The notes below the pieces were generated by a model, which was not told where the DNA came from, ran no database searches, and saw nothing but the letters and a program-made list of their open reading frames with translations. From Schaalia odontolytica (lineage in GTDB: Bacteria > Actinomycetota > Actinomycetes > Actinomycetales > Actinomycetaceae), in the NCBI RefSeq assembly GCF_005696695.1, contig NZ_CP040006.1:1470001-1502000 (forward strand): a DNA stretch of 32,000 nt, in the 5' to 3' direction. This document shows positions 29,247 through 32,000 of this stretch, one piece after another. Position 1 is the first letter of the stretch, and each line of letters opens with the position of its first letter. Position numbers and translations under genes: made by a program.

Positions 29247-30323
29247 TCAGGCGCGGTGGCGCGGAGCCGAGGGACCCGGGCCCTGTCCATTGCGACGCGC
29301 CTCGATGCGTGCAAGCACGTCCTCGATCGTGTCGGGCTTGGAAGCTTCCACGGTTTCCTCAGTGCGCGGGGCACGCTGAACGGACTCGATCTCCTCGTCC
29401 TGGGCGCGCGAGACCTGCGCCAGATAGGCCTCGATGACGTCACCGATATCCTTCGGGGTCTTCTCCTCGCCGCCCGCCGACGGGCGCTGACCGAGTCCGG
29501 GCAGCGGGATCGCACCCTCCCCTCCGGTCCACGCGTCGAAGTGCTCCTCGAGGTTGGAGACCGTGTGGGAGATGTCGGGGTTCCCCTCCACGAGCTTGGC
29601 GATGTTCTCCTGGTCCTGCGCGGCCCCCTGTTCGAGATCACCGACGGGCAGAGACAGGTCAGCGAACTTCGCGAAGGAAGTGAGCAGGGCCGACGAGGCC
29701 GCCGGGTAGCCGGTGTCCGCCATGTAGTACGGGACCGCGCCGAGCAGCGCCAGCCCGCCAATGCCTCGTTGCCCCATGCGGATCTGCATGAAGGTGGACA
29801 GCGGCGAAGGGAACTGCATGTGATTCGAGATCGCGCCAGACCCCGGGGGAAGCAGCGACGCGTCGGTGGCCTGCACGTGCACAGGCGTCGGTCGCGTGTG
29901 CGGCACACCCGAGGGCACCCCGTGCAGCGAGAAGGTGATCTCCACGCCGGCGCGCTCACACAGCTCGTTGATCGCGTTCGTGAACGACTCCCAGTGCGCA
30001 TCCGGCTCCGCGCCGTGCAGGACCAGGATCGGGTTGCCCATGTCGTCTTCGACGAGGTCAAGGACAGTCTGAGGCATCACCATGTCCGGGGAGGAGACCC
30101 AGTTGTCCACGGTCACAATCGGGCGGTGCGAACGGTAGTCCATGAGCGTGTCCGCATCGAAGGTCGCGACCCGCTCGTTGTGCAGGGAGCGCAGGAGCTG
30201 GCCAATCGCCATGCGCCCTGCGGCGCCGGCGTCAATCGCCCCATCAAAGTGGATGAGGAGAATCTTCGCCTTCGCACCGGCGGCGGGACCGTCGGCATAC
30301 AGGTCAGTGGCGTTGATACTCAC
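29247..30323 (-). CDS. PAC2-family (proteasome assembly chaperone-like) protein
   Basis: 358 aa. ILLIHFDGAIDAGAAG...ILVLHGAEPDAHWESF...LHGVPSGVPHTRP...LLGAVPYY resembles the actinobacterial PAC2 family. GTG is preceded by GAGGAGG with 4-nt spacing. Confidence 0.75.
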   Translation of the reverse strand: MSINATDLYADGPAAGAKAKILLIHFDGAIDAGAAGRMAIGQLLRSLHNERVATFDADTLMDYRSHRPIVTVDNWVSSPDMVMPQTVLDLVEDDMGNPILVLHGAEPDAHWESFTNAINELCERAGVEITFSLHGVPSGVPHTRPTPVHVQATDASLLPPGSGAISNHMQFPSPLSTFMQIRMGQRGIGGLALLGAVPYYMADTGYPAASSALLTSFAKFADLSLPVGDLEQGAAQDQENIAKLVEGNPDISHTVSNLEEHFDAWTGGEGAIPLPGLGQRPSAGGEEKTPKDIGDVIEAYLAQVSRAQDEEIESVQRAPRTEETVEASKPDTIEDVLARIEARRNGQGPGPSAPRHRA

Positions 30324-30497
30324 GTCTCCTCCTCATGCTGATTCTTCTGCCTCGCGTCTAACGTACCCGGGCAGCGCCCACCTCGTCACGCGGGAGATGG
30401 TTTTGAGCTTGCGGCGAAGTCGCGTACACACCGCACATAGAAGAGCACGCGAGACGAAAGTAGGGAACAATGGAAGGCCCATAATCGAGGAGGACCC

Positions 30498-32000
30498 ATG
30501 GCCACGAACGAGCACCGCGAGTCGTCGACCGACCTTCCGTTGCCCGAACAGGATTTCGTGGACAGCGCCTACGAACGCCTGGACGCGCTGCGCGCGTCCT
30601 ATCGGGATCGTCAGGGGCGCGTCCACTCGACCCACGGCGTCGGCAACGCCCAGGGATGGACCGAGCGCGAGGCCCTGTCGGCCCACCTCGGTGAAATGGC
30701 CGCGCGCCTCGAAGGCGTCGAGGAACGCCTCGTGTTCGGGCGCCTCGACATGGCTGATCGTTCAACCCGCCACGTGGGTCGTCTCTCCCTGTCACACGAG
30801 GACGGCACTCCCCTGCTCGTTGACTGGCGCGCACCCGCCGCGCGCCCCTTCTACCAGGCCACCTCCGCTGAGCCGGACGGCGTCGTGCGCCGCCGCCACA
30901 TTTCCACCCGCGACCGACGCGTCACCGGCCTCGAAGACGAGCTGCTGGACGCCTCCCGCGCTTCCGGGCTGGAACTCCAGGGCGAGGGCGCCCTCATGCA
31001 CGCCCTTAGCGAGGCCCGCGACGGCCGCATGGGCGACATCGTTGCCACCATCCAGTCCGAGCAGGACCGCATCATTCGCGCGTCCGACAAGGGCCTCCTG
31101 GTCGTCCAGGGCGGCCCCGGCACCGGCAAGACGGCCGTCGCCCTCCACCGCATCGCGTACCTGCTCTACGCCCACCGCGAGCGCCTCGAACGCTCGGGTG
31201 TTCTCCTCGTCGGTCCCTCGCGCCTGTTCCTGCGCTACATCGAGCAGGTCCTGCCGTCGCTCGGCGAGACGGGCGTCGTCTCGGTGACGCTGGGCGACCT
31301 GGTCCCGGGAGTGAACGCTCGCGGCAGCGAGGACGAGGTCGTAGCGCGGATCAAGGGCCTTCCCGCGTGGGCGAAGATCGTCAAGGAAGCCGTACGGGCG
31401 CTGGCCAAGCTCCCCGACGGCGACCAGGTGCTGCGCGTATGGAACCGCGAGGTGACGCTCACCCGCGCCGACGTGGAGAGCGCAAGGCGCCGGGCGAAGC
31501 GCTCGGGCCGCGCGCACAACGTGGCGCGAGAGTCCTTCGCGCGCGAACTCATGGACGTTTTGGCCCTGCGCTTGGCGCGCGAGGCCGGGGACGCGGACTC
31601 CGAGGGCGGCGTCGATCCCGAGGTCAAGCGCTCCTGGCTCATCGAAATCCGCGATTCCGTGGACTGCCGACGTGCGATCAACACGGCGTGGATGCCGACG
31701 AGCGCACAGACGCTGCTGCGCCGCCTCTACGCTCGCCCCGAGGTGCTTGCGGCGGCAAACCGCAAGGCCGGCTCCCCCCTGCGTCCCGACGAGCTTGCTA
31801 CCCTCGTGCGCCCCCGCTCGGCGCCGTGGACGGTCTCGGACGTGCCGATCCTGGACGAGTGCGAGGAGCTGCTCGGCCCCATGCCGTCGTCTTCCTCCTC
31901 GTCGCGCGAGGCCGACGAGGGAGCGATCGAGCGCGCCCGCGAGGCGATCGAGGCCCAGAACCTGGGCGGCGGCATCGTGACCGCCCAGATGCTCGCCGAG
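30498..32000 (+). CDS. helD: HelD-like (UvrD/helicase IV-type) RNA polymerase-associated ATPase, N-terminal 501 aa, runs off right edge
   Basis: ATG 30498 is preceded by GAGGAGG. The frame is open to the window end. LLVDWRAPAARPFYQAT and the Walker A VVQGGPGTGKTAVALHRIAYLLY match actinobacterial HelD proteins. Confidence 0.8.
   Translation, partial: MATNEHRESSTDLPLPEQDFVDSAYERLDALRASYRDRQGRVHSTHGVGNAQGWTEREALSAHLGEMAARLEGVEERLVFGRLDMADRSTRHVGRLSLSHEDGTPLLVDWRAPAARPFYQATSAEPDGVVRRRHISTRDRRVTGLEDELLDASRASGLELQGEGALMHALSEARDGRMGDIVATIQSEQDRIIRASDKGLLVVQGGPGTGKTAVALHRIAYLLYAHRERLERSGVLLVGPSRLFLRYIEQVLPSLGETGVVSVTLGDLVPGVNARGSEDEVVARIKGLPAWAKIVKEAVRALAKLPDGDQVLRVWNREVTLTRADVESARRRAKRSGRAHNVARESFARELMDVLALRLAREAGDADSEGGVDPEVKRSWLIEIRDSVDCRRAINTAWMPTSAQTLLRRLYARPEVLAAANRKAGSPLRPDELATLVRPRSAPWTVSDVPILDECEELLGPMPSSSSSSREADEGAIERAREAIEAQNLGGGIVTAQMLAE

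Noticed and set aside
29210-30061. 283-aa minus-strand ORF and 361-aa plus-strand ORF (29256-30341) overlapping the PAC2-family gene
   Set aside because: These are alternative frames of the same locus. Only the 29247-30323 frame has a strong GAGGAGG RBS and a family-like sequence.

Overview
High-GC (about two-thirds G+C) actinobacterial chromosome, almost entirely core genes and nearly all on the minus strand. In minus-strand transcription order (right to left): a PAC2-family gene, dinB, a DUF3040 gene, then the division/cell-wall (dcw) cluster mraZ-rsmH-ftsL-ftsI-murF-mraY-murD-ftsW-murG-murC-ftsQ-ftsZ-pgeF-sepF-yggT-divIVA. After that come lspA, an RluD-type pseudouridine synthase, dnaE, an unknown acidic protein, priA and an SseB-like gene (these three linked by ATGA overlaps), then infC-rpmI-rplT and the start of a TrmH-family methyltransferase. 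Plus-strand genes are a small S4-domain RNA-binding protein, a spermidine-synthase-like methyltransferase, and a HelD-like helicase truncated by the right edge. I see no tRNA/rRNA genes, mobile elements, CRISPR arrays or recognisable defence or biosynthetic islands. The most unusual feature is non-coding: a perfect 17-copy 12-bp tandem array (GGGAGCRCAGTG, 26229-26432), 325-528 bp upstream of mraZ. Its GTGGGGA core resembles a textbook-like MraZ operator (TGGGN-N5-TGGGN-N5-TGGGN) found 29-54 nt upstream of the mraZ ATG, and it places a GGGG run every 12 bp. Secondary observations: murE and yggS/ylmE are missing from their usual dcw slots, priA lacks a his-operon context, infC uses an ATC start, and 4-nt start/stop overlaps are pervasive. 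The many long ORFs antisense to these genes are high-GC shadow ORFs and are rejected. All functional calls come from reading the translated sequences, with no database search.
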